A DNA stretch of 64,000 nucleotides from an uncultured bacterium (lineage in GTDB: Bacteria > Acidobacteriota > HRBIN11 > JAKEFK01). The DNA is taken from the NCBI GenBank assembly GCA_963843285.1, contig CAWJJO010000005.1:2218-66217 (forward strand), in the 5' to 3' direction. Within the stretch, counting starts at the first letter, position 1. Each line of letters opens with the position of its first letter. Below the pieces are notes generated by a model. That model had not been told where the DNA came from and made no database searches. It saw nothing but the letters and a program-made list of their open reading frames with translations. A program made the translations under genes and the position numbers. Shown in pieces: positions 8,873 through 19,200 of this stretch.

Positions 8873-9934
8873 TCAGAATGCCACGAAAGGCTCCGTGCTG
8901 ATGATCCGAACAGACACTCCATCGATGGAACGTGCTAACTTGGCTCTCGTTCCCTGCGTTTTGTCCATGTAGATGACGATTACGGGTTTCGTCGAATCCA
9001 TACGGTCAGACCCGATTCCAACGCCGATAACGGCAAGTTGCGACATCAAATTCGCTCGAACACCTTCGAGCACCCTCTCAACGTGATCGATTGCCGATTG
9101 AGACGGCTCGATGGAAGCAATGCCCGCCGAAGCTGAAGTGCAGTTCTGTCCTACGAAACTAAATGTCTTCCCGGTATTTTGATTCAGTTTTGTTAACACC
9201 TGGCTGATCGGATTTCCAATCGTGGTTGAGCTGCTACCAGCAAACAAAAGGGCTACAGGCTGACGGCAAGTGGAGCTGGTGTTGCTTACAATTAATGAAC
9301 CCGAATCGCCGCCTGCGCTGAAAGTGCTGCTGTTGATAATCACCTGATTTGTATAGCTCACAACAAATTTCTTTCCAGAGCCGCAGTTTTTCTGGTACTG
9401 AACGCTCACCGAAGTGTGAATCGATCCGATTTTCCCTTTTGTAAAACCGGTTGTCCGCCCGCTCTTGGCAACGGCAAGCCCTACAGTTGGCGACTTTACG
9501 TTGAAGCCCGGAATCCCGACATCCTGGATCGCTCCATTCGTGTTCATGGTTCCGGAACGCAAAGTTGCAACAGCAGCATCTACATTTGAGCCCAGCGGGG
9601 CTTTGCCAAAGAAGTCTCCTACAATTCTTGGCACTCTGCAGTTGTTATCAATCAGACCGGGCTGAGAAATGTCCTCCCCTGGTGCAGCTTGATCGGTCCT
9701 TGCCAGGACATGGTTGTTGCTGAGGATATACTTCACTCCACCTGCATCTTTCACAAGCGCTCCCAGTGTCCCACTGCAACAGAACGAATTTGTGATGTCC
9801 TTGATATTGCCGCCGGAGGTTCCATATTTGTTGTTTTGTATCTGATGGTTTGCGCCGCTATCCGCGTAAACGGCAAGCGAGATGCCAAATAATAGGATCA
9901 TTAATGAAACGGTGATGGACTGTTTTTTTTTCAC
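8873..9934 (-). CDS. Secreted chymotrypsin-fold (S1-like) serine protease, paralog B
   Basis: Preferred start is GTG 9934 behind GGAGGAATCGG, giving MKKKQSITVSLMILLFGISLAVYA; the ORF is open to 10012. Same His/Asp/Ser contexts (LSNNHVLA, NVDAAVATL, AGGDSGSLI) and same C-terminal STEPFVAF. Confidence 0.6.
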   Translation of the reverse strand: MKKKQSITVSLMILLFGISLAVYADSGANHQIQNNKYGTSGGNIKDITNSFCCSGTLGALVKDAGGVKYILSNNHVLARTDQAAPGEDISQPGLIDNNCRVPRIVGDFFGKAPLGSNVDAAVATLRSGTMNTNGAIQDVGIPGFNVKSPTVGLAVAKSGRTTGFTKGKIGSIHTSVSVQYQKNCGSGKKFVVSYTNQVIINSSTFSAGGDSGSLIVSNTSSTCRQPVALLFAGSSSTTIGNPISQVLTKLNQNTGKTFSFVGQNCTSASAGIASIEPSQSAIDHVERVLEGVRANLMSQLAVIGVGIGSDRMDSTKPVIVIYMDKTQGTRAKLARSIDGVSVRIISTEPFVAF

Positions 9935-10090
9935 CCGATTCCTCCAGGATTTGTTGGGATAGATGTACCTCATAAACAAATCTATGAAAGATCGCGCGCT
10001 GATGTCAATCACAAATCAGACGACAAATGGAAAGTGCCAAGGCAAATCGTTCCAACCCCACCTACCCTCCCGCTTCATAAGGAGGAGGAA

Positions 10091-11308
10091 TCACTGCCGC
10101 GCACTAAGTGCCGGCAAAACAGGCGATTCCCGGCGGACCGCATTTCGCGTGCATTCGAAAGTCGATTTCATCGCTTCGCGGGGGACTTTGTCGACGATCG
10201 GGTGGACGATCCACGCCACACCGATGGGAACATTTCGCGATAAAGAAATCGTTTGCAACTCCGCAAATACGCCATCCTTCGTTTGCTCCAGCCACCAGTA
10301 CGAGTTCAGCCGCCAGAGGAAGCCGCGGTCCTGACCCGGCGGCAGTTCCTTCTCATTGTTTTTCCCCGGATCACTCACTTCCGCAATCCGCACACTGTGT
10401 GACCGGATATGACAACGATTCCCGCCCAGCTGAATCAGCCGGACTTCATATTCGGTATTTAGAACCACTGTCAATACTTCCTTCTTTTTCAGCTTTAGAT
10501 AGGCGCGAAGTTCATTTCCTTCGTGGGTGAGAAGTTTTGAGTCCAATACTTCCGGATAAAATTTCTTGTGATTGTCGTAGTCCTGAAGCAGCTTCACGGT
10601 TTCTTCCAATGTGACATCAGGAATAAACATGGATCCGGTCCATTCCTGAATCATCCCGTGCGGCACATCAGGAACGTGCTGAGATTTTTCGACGCGTAGC
10701 GCGCCGGCTCGGATCTGCGGAATTGCATCCGGATTCTTTTCCAGGCGAAGAAAAGGCTCCGTGCCGTCTAACCTCCGCTGCATCTGGTTTTCCGACAGTT
10801 CGACATATCGTTGAAATGCTTGAATTGTCTCCGGTTTCAATTCGACGCCGGCGCCGGCAGATTTCGTCAGGCCGGGGGTAAGAATGATAATTGCCAGCAA
10901 TGTGAGTACTGGAGGACTCTTGCGAAAGACAAAACTGGAATTGGCAATGAAATTGGAGAATGAGCATCCCGCGATTGCGATGAGATTCGCAAGGATGAAC
11001 GGAAAATGCAGGACTCCGACAAAAAGGCGCATGATCAGCAAGTTTCCCGGTATGGAAATCAGACCCGACGCCAGATGAAAACGGAAAAATCTTTGCGTCA
11101 CTGAAAACGCGAGTCCTGCGGATGTACGCTCTTTCCATGTCCACCTCTCATGCCAGACGAAGTTATGCAGGATTGCTGCTTCGACAGCCAGAAATGTAGC
11201 CGGCAAGTAATGAATCGAGGTCAGCGCCTGAAGCAGAGCGAGAGTAAGCAACTGGAGGATCATGCCCAGTACGCCGACGAAATTAAAGCGGAGCCATATC
11301 CGGAACAC
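10091..11308 (-). CDS. GtrA-like membrane domain fused to a START/SRPBCC-like soluble domain
   Basis: N-terminal ~130 aa with GtrA hallmarks (FNFVGVLGMILQL.., HNFVWHERWTW, four TM helices). A further TM, then a ~250-aa soluble domain (..GFLWRLNSYWWLEQTKDG..) whose START-like assignment is tentative. Confidence 0.6.
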   Translation of the reverse strand: MFRIWLRFNFVGVLGMILQLLTLALLQALTSIHYLPATFLAVEAAILHNFVWHERWTWKERTSAGLAFSVTQRFFRFHLASGLISIPGNLLIMRLFVGVLHFPFILANLIAIAGCSFSNFIANSSFVFRKSPPVLTLLAIIILTPGLTKSAGAGVELKPETIQAFQRYVELSENQMQRRLDGTEPFLRLEKNPDAIPQIRAGALRVEKSQHVPDVPHGMIQEWTGSMFIPDVTLEETVKLLQDYDNHKKFYPEVLDSKLLTHEGNELRAYLKLKKKEVLTVVLNTEYEVRLIQLGGNRCHIRSHSVRIAEVSDPGKNNEKELPPGQDRGFLWRLNSYWWLEQTKDGVFAELQTISLSRNVPIGVAWIVHPIVDKVPREAMKSTFECTRNAVRRESPVLPALSARQ

Positions 11309-11310
11309 AG

Positions 11311-11997
11311 TTAATCCTTCGGTAACGGCTCCAGACGATATAGTTGCACGCTTCTCCGGATCATCGAATGGAGGGCAAGAATCATCAAGATCGCGATTCC
11401 AGGCACGCCGCCAAGATCAAAGAGATTGATGTCACGGCCAAACACGTGCACTTTCGGAGCCAGTGCCAGCGCGAAATTTCCAATCGCGAGCAGGATCCGC
11501 AGCTCTGTAGGTCCGAGCAAGCCAAAGGAAAGCTTGAACTGACCCAGAGTCGCGGCGCTCAGGTAGATCTCAATGCAGAGGATGTAGTATGCAATCAAAA
11601 ATCCAGCCGCAACCCACAAACTCATGTATCCGGAGACTGCAAGACCTGCGAGCAAGAACAGGATCCCGATGGTGTCCACTGCATGATCTACGTAGAATCC
11701 ATAGCGCGGGCGCTGTCTGTTCCGGACGCGCGCGAGTGTTCCATCCAGACTGTCTCCAAACCAATTCAACGCAAGAAAAAAAGTGGCGAGCAAAGGCGCA
11801 AGAGGTGTCCATGCAGACAGCGCGTAAGAAACTCCTGTAAAGATCATTCCGAGAAATCCCAGAAAAGTCAGGTGATCGGAATGAATCCATAACGGCAGTC
11901 GTTCGGCTATCCGGATCAAAGTTTTCTTTTCCGCAGGTGCGAGAATGCTTCCGTGAATCCGCTGCAGATTAAGAGTTTGTGAAATTGCATTTGACAT
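11311..11997 (-). CDS. CDP-alcohol phosphatidyltransferase family protein
   Basis: Signature D-x2-D-G-x2-A-R-x8-G-x3-D-x3-D present as GDSLDGTLARVRNRQRPRYGFYVDHAVD. Multi-TM. 2-nt gap to the downstream gene. Confidence 0.8.
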   Translation of the reverse strand: MSNAISQTLNLQRIHGSILAPAEKKTLIRIAERLPLWIHSDHLTFLGFLGMIFTGVSYALSAWTPLAPLLATFFLALNWFGDSLDGTLARVRNRQRPRYGFYVDHAVDTIGILFLLAGLAVSGYMSLWVAAGFLIAYYILCIEIYLSAATLGQFKLSFGLLGPTELRILLAIGNFALALAPKVHVFGRDINLFDLGGVPGIAILMILALHSMIRRSVQLYRLEPLPKD

Positions 11998-12049
11998 TCA
12001 GTTTTCCTCCGGGATCCGGTAGTGCAAGAGTTGTGCCGTGTGAAAAGAT

Positions 12050-12122
12050 GGAGCGCGGGCGTCCCGCCCGCTGGACAAACTGGGTGCACTTTCGTCGCTG
12101 GCGGGCGAGACGCCCGCGCTCC
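12050..12122. repeat. GC-rich REP-like inverted repeat
   Basis: GGAGCGCGGGCGTCCCGCCCGC (12050-12071) and GCGGGCGAGACGCCCGCGCTCC (12101-12122) are reverse complements with one mismatch. Each arm is itself a GCGGGC-N6-GCCCGC mini-hairpin. Lies in a divergent promoter region. Confidence 0.7.
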
Positions 12123-12200
12123 AAGCTAGGACTATCCGAAAGGATAGGTTCCTACCCATCTGGTGAGGTTTCCATTTATAATCCACATGGTCGAAGCCGA

Positions 12201-13184
12201 ATGAAAATCTCAGTGATCGTACCCGTATACAACGCAGAATGGTGCTTGCGTGATTGTCTTTCCGCTTTGCGTGAGAATCGCAACGATGCCGAGATCCTCG
12301 TTGTCGATGATCACTCCACCGACCGCAGCGCGGAAATTGCCCGCGAGATGGGCGTGCCCGTTCTGGCAAACCCGCGAGGAAGGGGTCCTGCTGCGGCACG
12401 AAATGTTGGCGGCGAAAATGCGACCGGGGAAATACTGTTGTTCATCGACTCCGATGTCAGGGTCCGCCCCGACACAGTCCAGCATGTAATTGGAATCTTG
12501 GATTCAAGTCCGGATGTAGCCGCGGTGTTTGGATCGTATGATACGAGTCCGGCTGCGCCAAACTTCCTTTCACAATACAAAAATCTGCTGCATCACTATG
12601 TCCATCAAAGATCCAGTGAAAACGCCTCCACATTCTGGGCCGGATGTGGCGCAATCCGGAAGGAAATCTTTCTGAAGGCCGGAGGGTTTAGCGAAGAGGA
12701 CTATCCGCACCCCTCGATCGAGGACATCGCGCTCGGTCTGAAGCTCAAGGCTACCGGCTATTCGATTCGACTCGAAAAGTCGCTTCAAGTCAAACATCTA
12801 AAGCGTTGGACTCCGTCAAATCTGCTTCGTGCAGACATACTCTATCGCGCAGTTCCGTGGTCCAGACTGATTCTCAAGAGTGGAGTTCTGCCAAATGATT
12901 TGAACCTGCAAACATCTCAACGCGTCAGCGCAGTGATGGTCGGGCTCTTTGTACTCTCGCTTGTGATCCTACTTTCCGGACGCGCAACGTTCGTATCTCT
13001 GGTGGCAGCCATCGCGACTGCCGGAACGGTGCTCTTTCTCAATCGAGATCTATACAGGTTCTTTTGTAGGCTGAAAGGCCCGCTGTTTGTATTCCCTGCA
13101 ATCATCTGGCACTTTTTCTATTATCTATACAGCTCAGCTACTTTCTTGATCTGCTCGCTTACCCAACGAAGAAGCGCTCGATGA
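12201..13184 (+). CDS. Family 2 glycosyltransferase with C-terminal transmembrane segments
   Basis: MKISVIVPVYNAE...VVDDHSTD...FIDSDV (GT2 DxD context), with TM helices at the C-terminus. The listed ORF start at 11979 only adds repeat-encoded residues. Confidence 0.8.
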   Translation: MKISVIVPVYNAEWCLRDCLSALRENRNDAEILVVDDHSTDRSAEIAREMGVPVLANPRGRGPAAARNVGGENATGEILLFIDSDVRVRPDTVQHVIGILDSSPDVAAVFGSYDTSPAAPNFLSQYKNLLHHYVHQRSSENASTFWAGCGAIRKEIFLKAGGFSEEDYPHPSIEDIALGLKLKATGYSIRLEKSLQVKHLKRWTPSNLLRADILYRAVPWSRLILKSGVLPNDLNLQTSQRVSAVMVGLFVLSLVILLSGRATFVSLVAAIATAGTVLFLNRDLYRFFCRLKGPLFVFPAIIWHFFYYLYSSATFLICSLTQRRSAR

Positions 13185-13219
13185 CCGGCGGGCTGGAAGC
13201 CCGCGCTCCCCCTCGGACT

Positions 13220-13672
13220 TTATTCTTCCGGCTCCTTCTCCTCGTCTGATTCCTCATCCGAAGACGAGCTAAGAGATGTGACGGGAATCTGAAAGAGCCT
13301 CCCCGTTTTCTGCGGACGGCCCGTAAGCGAACGCGTGTAGTCGTAACTCCGGTAGAGCATGTATTCATCCTGGGCCTGTAGCTTCAAGACATTTTCCATC
13401 CGGGGCTCAAAAGCTTGATTGCCGAGTGGAGTCAGATCCATTTCCAATCCCGGATGTTCCGCCCCCTCAACCTCAACGAATTCCCTCCGCGGAGCATTCT
13501 GTCTCAGGATTTTATCTGAATCACGAAATGACTCCAGGATTTCGTTCAATTCTTTTTCAGTGGGTTGGATGGACTTTTTCTGTTCCGCATCTTTTGCCGG
13601 CGTCTCAGTTTGGGCGAAAACGGCCGGCGATGTGAGTAGAAGCGTAAGAACTAAGGTTGCAAAATATCGCAT
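13220..13672 (-). CDS. Secreted protein of unknown function with acidic Ser/Glu-rich tail
   Basis: Signal peptide MRYFATLVLTLLLTSPAVFAQ. 150-aa ORF ending SSSSDEESDEEKEPEE. Confidence 0.5.
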   Translation of the reverse strand: MRYFATLVLTLLLTSPAVFAQTETPAKDAEQKKSIQPTEKELNEILESFRDSDKILRQNAPRREFVEVEGAEHPGLEMDLTPLGNQAFEPRMENVLKLQAQDEYMLYRSYDYTRSLTGRPQKTGRLFQIPVTSLSSSSDEESDEEKEPEE

Positions 13673-13765
13673 ACGCTCTTGACCTCTACTTATAATCTAG
13701 ACCTTCATGACAACAACCGCAATTCCTTCTCTGGGGCCCGGTCGTGATAAAATTACGATCCATCC

Positions 13766-14458
13766 ATGAAGAAAGGGGCCCGAAATCGCAAAGAAAAGCC
13801 GGCTGCCGCTTTTTATGATCTGGATGGCACGCTTGTAAAGACCAATTTGGTTCACGCTCTTTTGTTCCAGGCAAGGAACCAGCAGGGTATCTTGCGCAGC
13901 ATCGCCAAAAGCGCCAGGGTTATGGGATCCATTCCCGCCTTCATAGCAACAGACCTTTTCAGCCGTAGCGTTTTTCAAGAGATGTTTTTCCGTCAATATA
14001 AAGGTGAATCTGAAGATCGTCTACGCTACCTTTCGGAGGAATTATTTGAAGAAGTATTACAACCTTCGATCTTCCCCGGAGCGATCGATTTGATTGAACG
14101 ATCGCGCAGTCTGGGCCTGAGACAGGTGCTGGTAACGGGAGCGCTGGATATGACGGTTGGACCGGTTGCTCGATACCTCAAGATCGATGATTGGATTACA
14201 AACCGGCTTGAGTTTGTTGATGGATTTGCTACGGGAAGATTGCTTCCTCCGATCATGGCTGAATCTACCAAAGCTTCGTGGATTCGTAATTATGCGGAAA
14301 AAGAAGGGCTCAGTCTCGAAGACAGCTACTGCTACTCAGACAGCATGACGGATCTGCCGATGTTGTCGGTGGTGGGACACCCGGCGGCGGTTAATCCTGA
14401 TTTCCGGCTCCGCAGCGCCGCGCTTCAGGGCAACTGGCCGATCCTGGATCTAAGATGA
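13766..14458 (+). CDS. HAD-superfamily subfamily IB hydrolase (SerB-like phosphatase family)
   Basis: Motif I FYDLDGTLV, motif II VTGALD, motif III YSDSMTDLPML. Confidence 0.75.
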   Translation: MKKGARNRKEKPAAAFYDLDGTLVKTNLVHALLFQARNQQGILRSIAKSARVMGSIPAFIATDLFSRSVFQEMFFRQYKGESEDRLRYLSEELFEEVLQPSIFPGAIDLIERSRSLGLRQVLVTGALDMTVGPVARYLKIDDWITNRLEFVDGFATGRLLPPIMAESTKASWIRNYAEKEGLSLEDSYCYSDSMTDLPMLSVVGHPAAVNPDFRLRSAALQGNWPILDLR

Positions 14459-14465
14459 TAGAATT

Positions 14466-14573
14466 CACCACGGAGCACACGGAGAACACGGAGGAATTGG
14501 AAATTGTGGTTGACCTTCTAGGTATTGGATTTGCACCTATTCTTTCGCTCCGTGCACTTCGTGTTCTCCGTAG
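14466..14573. repeat. Long imperfect hairpin, CACGGAG-unit family
   Basis: Left arm caccacggagcacacggagaacacggagg. Right arm cgctccgtgcacttcgtgttctccgtagt is its imperfect complement. Loop about 50 nt. Confidence 0.7.
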
Positions 14574-14585
14574 TAAAAAGGGGCT

Positions 14586-16181
14586 ATGAGTTTAGTAGTT
14601 AGAAGGAAACTGGAACAGAACATCGTTCATATCGATACGGATTCGCAGCCGCGAATTCTGCATTACGGCGAGGATTTTCTCCTCGAAGACTTGCCGGTCG
14701 GGTCGCGAGTGATCTATCCGAAAGCGCCGATTGCCGGTCTTCCCAATCCGGAAGCTGCCATTCGTTACGCGCTGAATCATCCGCTCGGATGCGACCCTTT
14801 GTTTGCCCAGTTGTATCCGGGGATGCGAGTCACCATCGCGATGGATGACATCAGCCTCCCCTTGCCTCCAATGAAAACGCCGGAAATCAGGCAGCAAATC
14901 GTGGAAATTCTTCTCGATATGCTGCACGGTCATGGTGTGGATGACATCCATCTGATTGTCGCAAATTCCCTGCACCGAAAATTGACGGAATCGGAACTGA
15001 AACGGATGGTGGGCTCCAAGATTTTCAAGGAATTTTATCCGGACCGCTATTACAATCACGATGCGGAAGATCCCGAAGGGATGACGCATCTCGGAGACAC
15101 TCGCCACCGCGAGCCAGTGAATATCAACCGCCGCGCGGTAGAAAGCGATCTGCTCATCTACGTGAACATCAATCTCGTTCCGATGGACGGCGGACATAAA
15201 TCGGTGACTGTGGGACTTTGCGACTACGAGAGCCTGAGACCGCATCATGAGCCGCAAAGCATCATTGATTCGGACAGCTACATGGATCCTGCGCGTTCCG
15301 AATTGAGTCGGAAATGCGAACGGATGGGGAAAATTGTGGATGAGCATATGAATGTCTTCCACATTGAGACTGTCCTCAACAACGATATGTTCCTGAGCCC
15401 GATGAGCTTCCTGGCGAAAAACGAAGACACGTTCACAGACAAAGACTGGGCCATGTTCAATCTTACAAAGGCAAGCCTGTCCAAATTGCCGCGCGCCGCA
15501 AAGCGCAAGATGTTTTTTCAGATTCCGGCAAACTACAAGCTCATTGCATGTCATGCGGGACGCACAGAGCTCGTGCACGATCAGACACTCCGGCATTGTT
15601 TTGATCAGTACGCAGTGCCTGTAAAAGGACAATGCGATATCTTGATTACAGGCATCGCATACATCTCCCCGTACAATGTGAATTCGATCCTGAACCCAAT
15701 CCTTGTTCAGGTGATGGGACCAGGTTATTTCTTCAACATGTACAGGAACAAGCCTGTGGTCCGGAAAGGGGGCGTGATGATTCTGACTCACCCCTGCTAT
15801 GACGAATTCGATCCTGCATTTCATCCAAGTTATATCGAATTTTTCAACCGCTGCCTTCCGGATACAAAGGACAGTTTCGAGTTACGCGAAAAATACGAGC
15901 AGGAGTTTGCGCATGACCCCAACTACATTCAGATGTACCGGAGGGGAAACGCGTATCACGGAGCGCATCCGTTCTTCATGTGGTACTGGGCCGAAAACGG
16001 ACGCAAACACCTGGGCAAAATCATTGCTGTCGCCGATAACACCTATGTCCCCGAAATGCTTGGATGGGATCGCGCAAGCAGTCTAACCGAAGCGATCTAT
16101 ATGGCAAAAAGCTACGTCGGGAGATCGGCGGAAATCACGATGCTGCATCACCCGCCGATCTTCATGTCAGAAATGTCATGA
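14586..16181 (+). CDS. LarA-like (DUF2088 / lactate-racemase N-terminal domain family) protein
   Basis: [13 protein letters not shown]...[17 protein letters not shown]...[17 protein letters not shown]...[20 protein letters not shown] follows the LarA pattern (D-x-T-R-P, G-x-H-R, H-D, G-G-x-K). Confidence 0.65.
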   Translation: MSLVVRRKLEQNIVHIDTDSQPRILHYGEDFLLEDLPVGSRVIYPKAPIAGLPNPEAAIRYALNHPLGCDPLFAQLYPGMRVTIAMDDISLPLPPMKTPEIRQQIVEILLDMLHGHGVDDIHLIVANSLHRKLTESELKRMVGSKIFKEFYPDRYYNHDAEDPEGMTHLGDTRHREPVNINRRAVESDLLIYVNINLVPMDGGHKSVTVGLCDYESLRPHHEPQSIIDSDSYMDPARSELSRKCERMGKIVDEHMNVFHIETVLNNDMFLSPMSFLAKNEDTFTDKDWAMFNLTKASLSKLPRAAKRKMFFQIPANYKLIACHAGRTELVHDQTLRHCFDQYAVPVKGQCDILITGIAYISPYNVNSILNPILVQVMGPGYFFNMYRNKPVVRKGGVMILTHPCYDEFDPAFHPSYIEFFNRCLPDTKDSFELREKYEQEFAHDPNYIQMYRRGNAYHGAHPFFMWYWAENGRKHLGKIIAVADNTYVPEMLGWDRASSLTEAIYMAKSYVGRSAEITMLHHPPIFMSEMS

Positions 16182-16186
16182 GGTAT

Positions 16187-16250
16187 AACCGCAAAGGACG
16201 CAAAGTATTTTGCTTTTCCCTCCTTTGGGGTCTCTGCGGTCTTTGCGGTT
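16187..16250. repeat. Hairpin, CGCAAAG-unit family
   Basis: aaccgcaaaggacgcaaag and ctctgcggtctttgcggtt are imperfect complements, between the LarA-like stop and the megasynthase start. Confidence 0.65.
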
Positions 16251-16254
16251 TGTC

Positions 16255-19200
16255 ATGAACACTACGTTGTCACCTGCTGAGATTTTCAATGGAAAGAGGA
16301 TCTTTTTCATCGGTGGCACCGGGTTTCTCGGTAAGGTCACGCTCAGCATGCTGCTGCACCGGTTTCCGCAAGTGGAACGGATCTACCTGATGGTGCGCGC
16401 CAGTACCGGCGCCGATAGCGAAGAGCGTTTCTGGAATAACGTCTTCTCCTCCCCTGCGTTCGATCCTGTTCGCGAGCGGTATGGTGAAAATGTCCGCGAT
16501 CATTTGAAGAAGAAGCTGGTGATTGTCGGCGGCGACATCATGCACGACAATCTCGGCTACAAAGAGGAAGAGGCGCAGCACATCGCCGATGACATCGACA
16601 TTGTATTGAACTCCTCCGGAAATGTAAGCTTCAATCCTCCGCTGGAAACAGCACTGAAGACAAATGTCACCGGAACGAAAAATCTGCTTGCATTTGTAAA
16701 ACGGATGAAACGTCCTGCGTTTGTCCACACCAGCACCTGTTTTGTCGCCGGAAACCGTTCAGGTCAAATCTGGGAAGAGGATCCGGTTCCGGGATACTTT
16801 CCGCGTCGTGAAGAGCTGGACGATATCCGGTTCTCAGTAGAACAGGAGCTGAAGGATTGTGAGCGTCTGACACGAAGCGTCGTGGAAGAAGCCACAGACG
16901 CAACTCTGAATGCCCAGCTTCGCGCGATTGCGCGCAAACGATTGATCGAAGAAGGCCGGGATCCGGATGATGAAAGTACGCTGAATCTCGCTACTGCGCG
17001 GGAACGGAAGGATTGGATCCGCAACAAAATGAGCGATCTGGGACTCGAGCGCGCAAAGTGGTGGGGTTGGCCCAATATCTATACGTACACCAAGAGCATG
17101 GCCGAACAACTGATCGCCGCGGAGACCGGAATCGCCCGGGCCATCGTCCGCCCTGCGATTGTCGAAAGCGCCCTCACTTATCCGTTTGCGGGCTGGAACG
17201 AAGGATTCAACACCACGGCCCCGCTGATTCTGTTCGGATTGAACGGACAGAATGAATTTCCCGCAAAGAACAATCTCATTCTCGATGTCATTCCGGTCGA
17301 TTTTGTAGCGTCCGCAATGCTTGCGGTTACCGCGCAAACAATGGTCGAAGAACCCAAACTCGTGTATCAGTTGTGCTCCGGTGATTCCAACCCCGCAAAG
17401 ATGAGACGGATCGTCACGTTACTGGGGCTATACAAACGCAGACACTTCAAGGACAAAGAAAGTGGAAACAAGTTCCTCAACGCCATTGCGGCACGAATGG
17501 AGGCCCGGCCGGTAAGCGACAACTATTTTCGAAGAGTGGTTCCCAGGATTCACCGCGCAACGGAAAAACTTTCCGATGTCTTGAATCGCGCGCGACCTTA
17601 CGGCACTTTCAGCGGGCTCATTCAAAATATCAAAAAGGGTGTGGAACACTTGCACGCATTCACTCGTGAAGGATTGGATACCTACGAGCAATTCCGGCCT
17701 TTTACAGTCTTGAACGAAATCTATTTTCGGGCAGACAATGTCCGCGCTCTCTTTTCCAGACTTCCCGATGCGGATCGTGAATCGCTCACCTGGGCGCCGG
17801 AGAAAATCGACTGGTATCACTATTGGCTGAAAGTCCATTTTCCCGGTCTCCAAAAATGGGTTTTCCCCAAGATGGAAGAAATCGGGAAGCCAAAACCAAA
17901 GCGTGTTTATACCTACAGGAATCTTCTGGAAATGTTCCACGCGGTTGTGAAACTGCATGAACACAGGCCGGCAATGCACATCGAGCGAAACGGCAAAGAG
18001 GAAGAATACACTTACGGCGATCTTCGCGAACTGGCAACACGCGCAGCAACGTTCCTTTACGGAGAAGAAATCCGAGAGGGGGATCGGATCGGATTGATCG
18101 GAGAAAATGCGCCGGAATGGGGGCTCAGCTACTTCGGGATTCTCCATGCGGGAGCCACTTGCATTCCGATGGATAAGGAGCTCAATGAAGATGAAATCGT
18201 GAATCTGATGCGCGCGGGAAAGGCCAAAGGACTGATTCTGAGCGACCGGCAATACAGGAAACGCTCCCGTCTTTCTAATCTATTCGAAGCAGCCGGCTTA
18301 CAAGTCTGGATCTGGCCGATGAAGGCTGTTTTTGAAATGGGAGACGAGGAAGTCGAACGCGAACGGGCATCCAAGCTTCCCAAAGGAAAACCGACAGCGA
18401 TTGCATCCCTGATCTTCACTTCCGGCACCACGGGCAAACCGAAGGGCGTCATGCTGACGCATAAGAACCTTACCAGCATGATGGCCCAGCTCCTGAAAGT
18501 TTACGATGTGACAAACCAGGATGGGTTTCTCAGCATCCTGCCGCTGCATCACACATTTGAATTCTCAACCGGGTTCCTTCTTCCGCTCAGTCGAGGAGCG
18601 CAAATTCGCTATCTGGAGGAGCTGAATGGTGATTCGATCGCCGATGCGCTCAAGTTCGGCCATGTCACGATCATGGTCGGTGTTCCCGCGCTGTGGGATT
18701 TGCTGCGCCGGCGCATTCTGAACAAGTTCGGCGATAAATCGGAAAAACTCGAGAGCTTTGTGAAGTCCCTCATCAGTGTGAACAAGTGGGTGCGCGAAAA
18801 GACGTCGCTGAATCTTGGACCGTTTCTCTTCTTTCCTGTTCACAAGGGGCTCGGCGGCAAGATTCGATACTTCATCAGCGGTGGCTCTTCGCTTTCAGAG
18901 AAAGTATTTGAAACTTTCTATGGACTCGGCTTCGCGCTGAATGAAGGATATGGATTGACGGAATCATCTCCCGTTCTTACCGTAACGCGTCCCGGTGAAA
19001 AGCTGCTGATTGGAAGCGTGGGACAGCCGTTACCCGGGGTGGAAATCAAAATCGTAGATCCCAATGAACAAGGAATTGGCGAAGTCATCGCGCGCGGGCC
19101 AAATGTCATGGCCGGTTACTACGAAAACAAGGAAGCTACGGAAGCCACTATTCGCGATGGATGGCTTTACACCGGTGATCTCGGCTACATCGATGAGGCA

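Noticed and set aside
11979-12200. N-terminal 74-aa extension of the GT2 ORF; similar upstream extensions of actC (40696), actF (43326), ctaE (48269), subunit IV (49017) and the sulfatase-like gene (49181)
   Set aside because: The extensions are encoded by REP sequence or lie inside the preceding gene. Internal ATG/GTG starts give canonical N-termini and the typical overlapping junctions.
14592-15824. 410-aa minus-strand ORF
   Set aside because: It is antisense to the LarA-like gene, has no recognisable motifs, and has the same codon-bias explanation.
17428-18252. 274-aa minus-strand ORF, and similar ones at 56952-57764, 58381-59007, 36337-37023, 47833-48435 and 34162-34878
   Set aside because: All are antisense shadows of strongly supported genes (megasynthase, flavoprotein reductase, EHP protein, TonB, oxidase subunit I, ABC genes).
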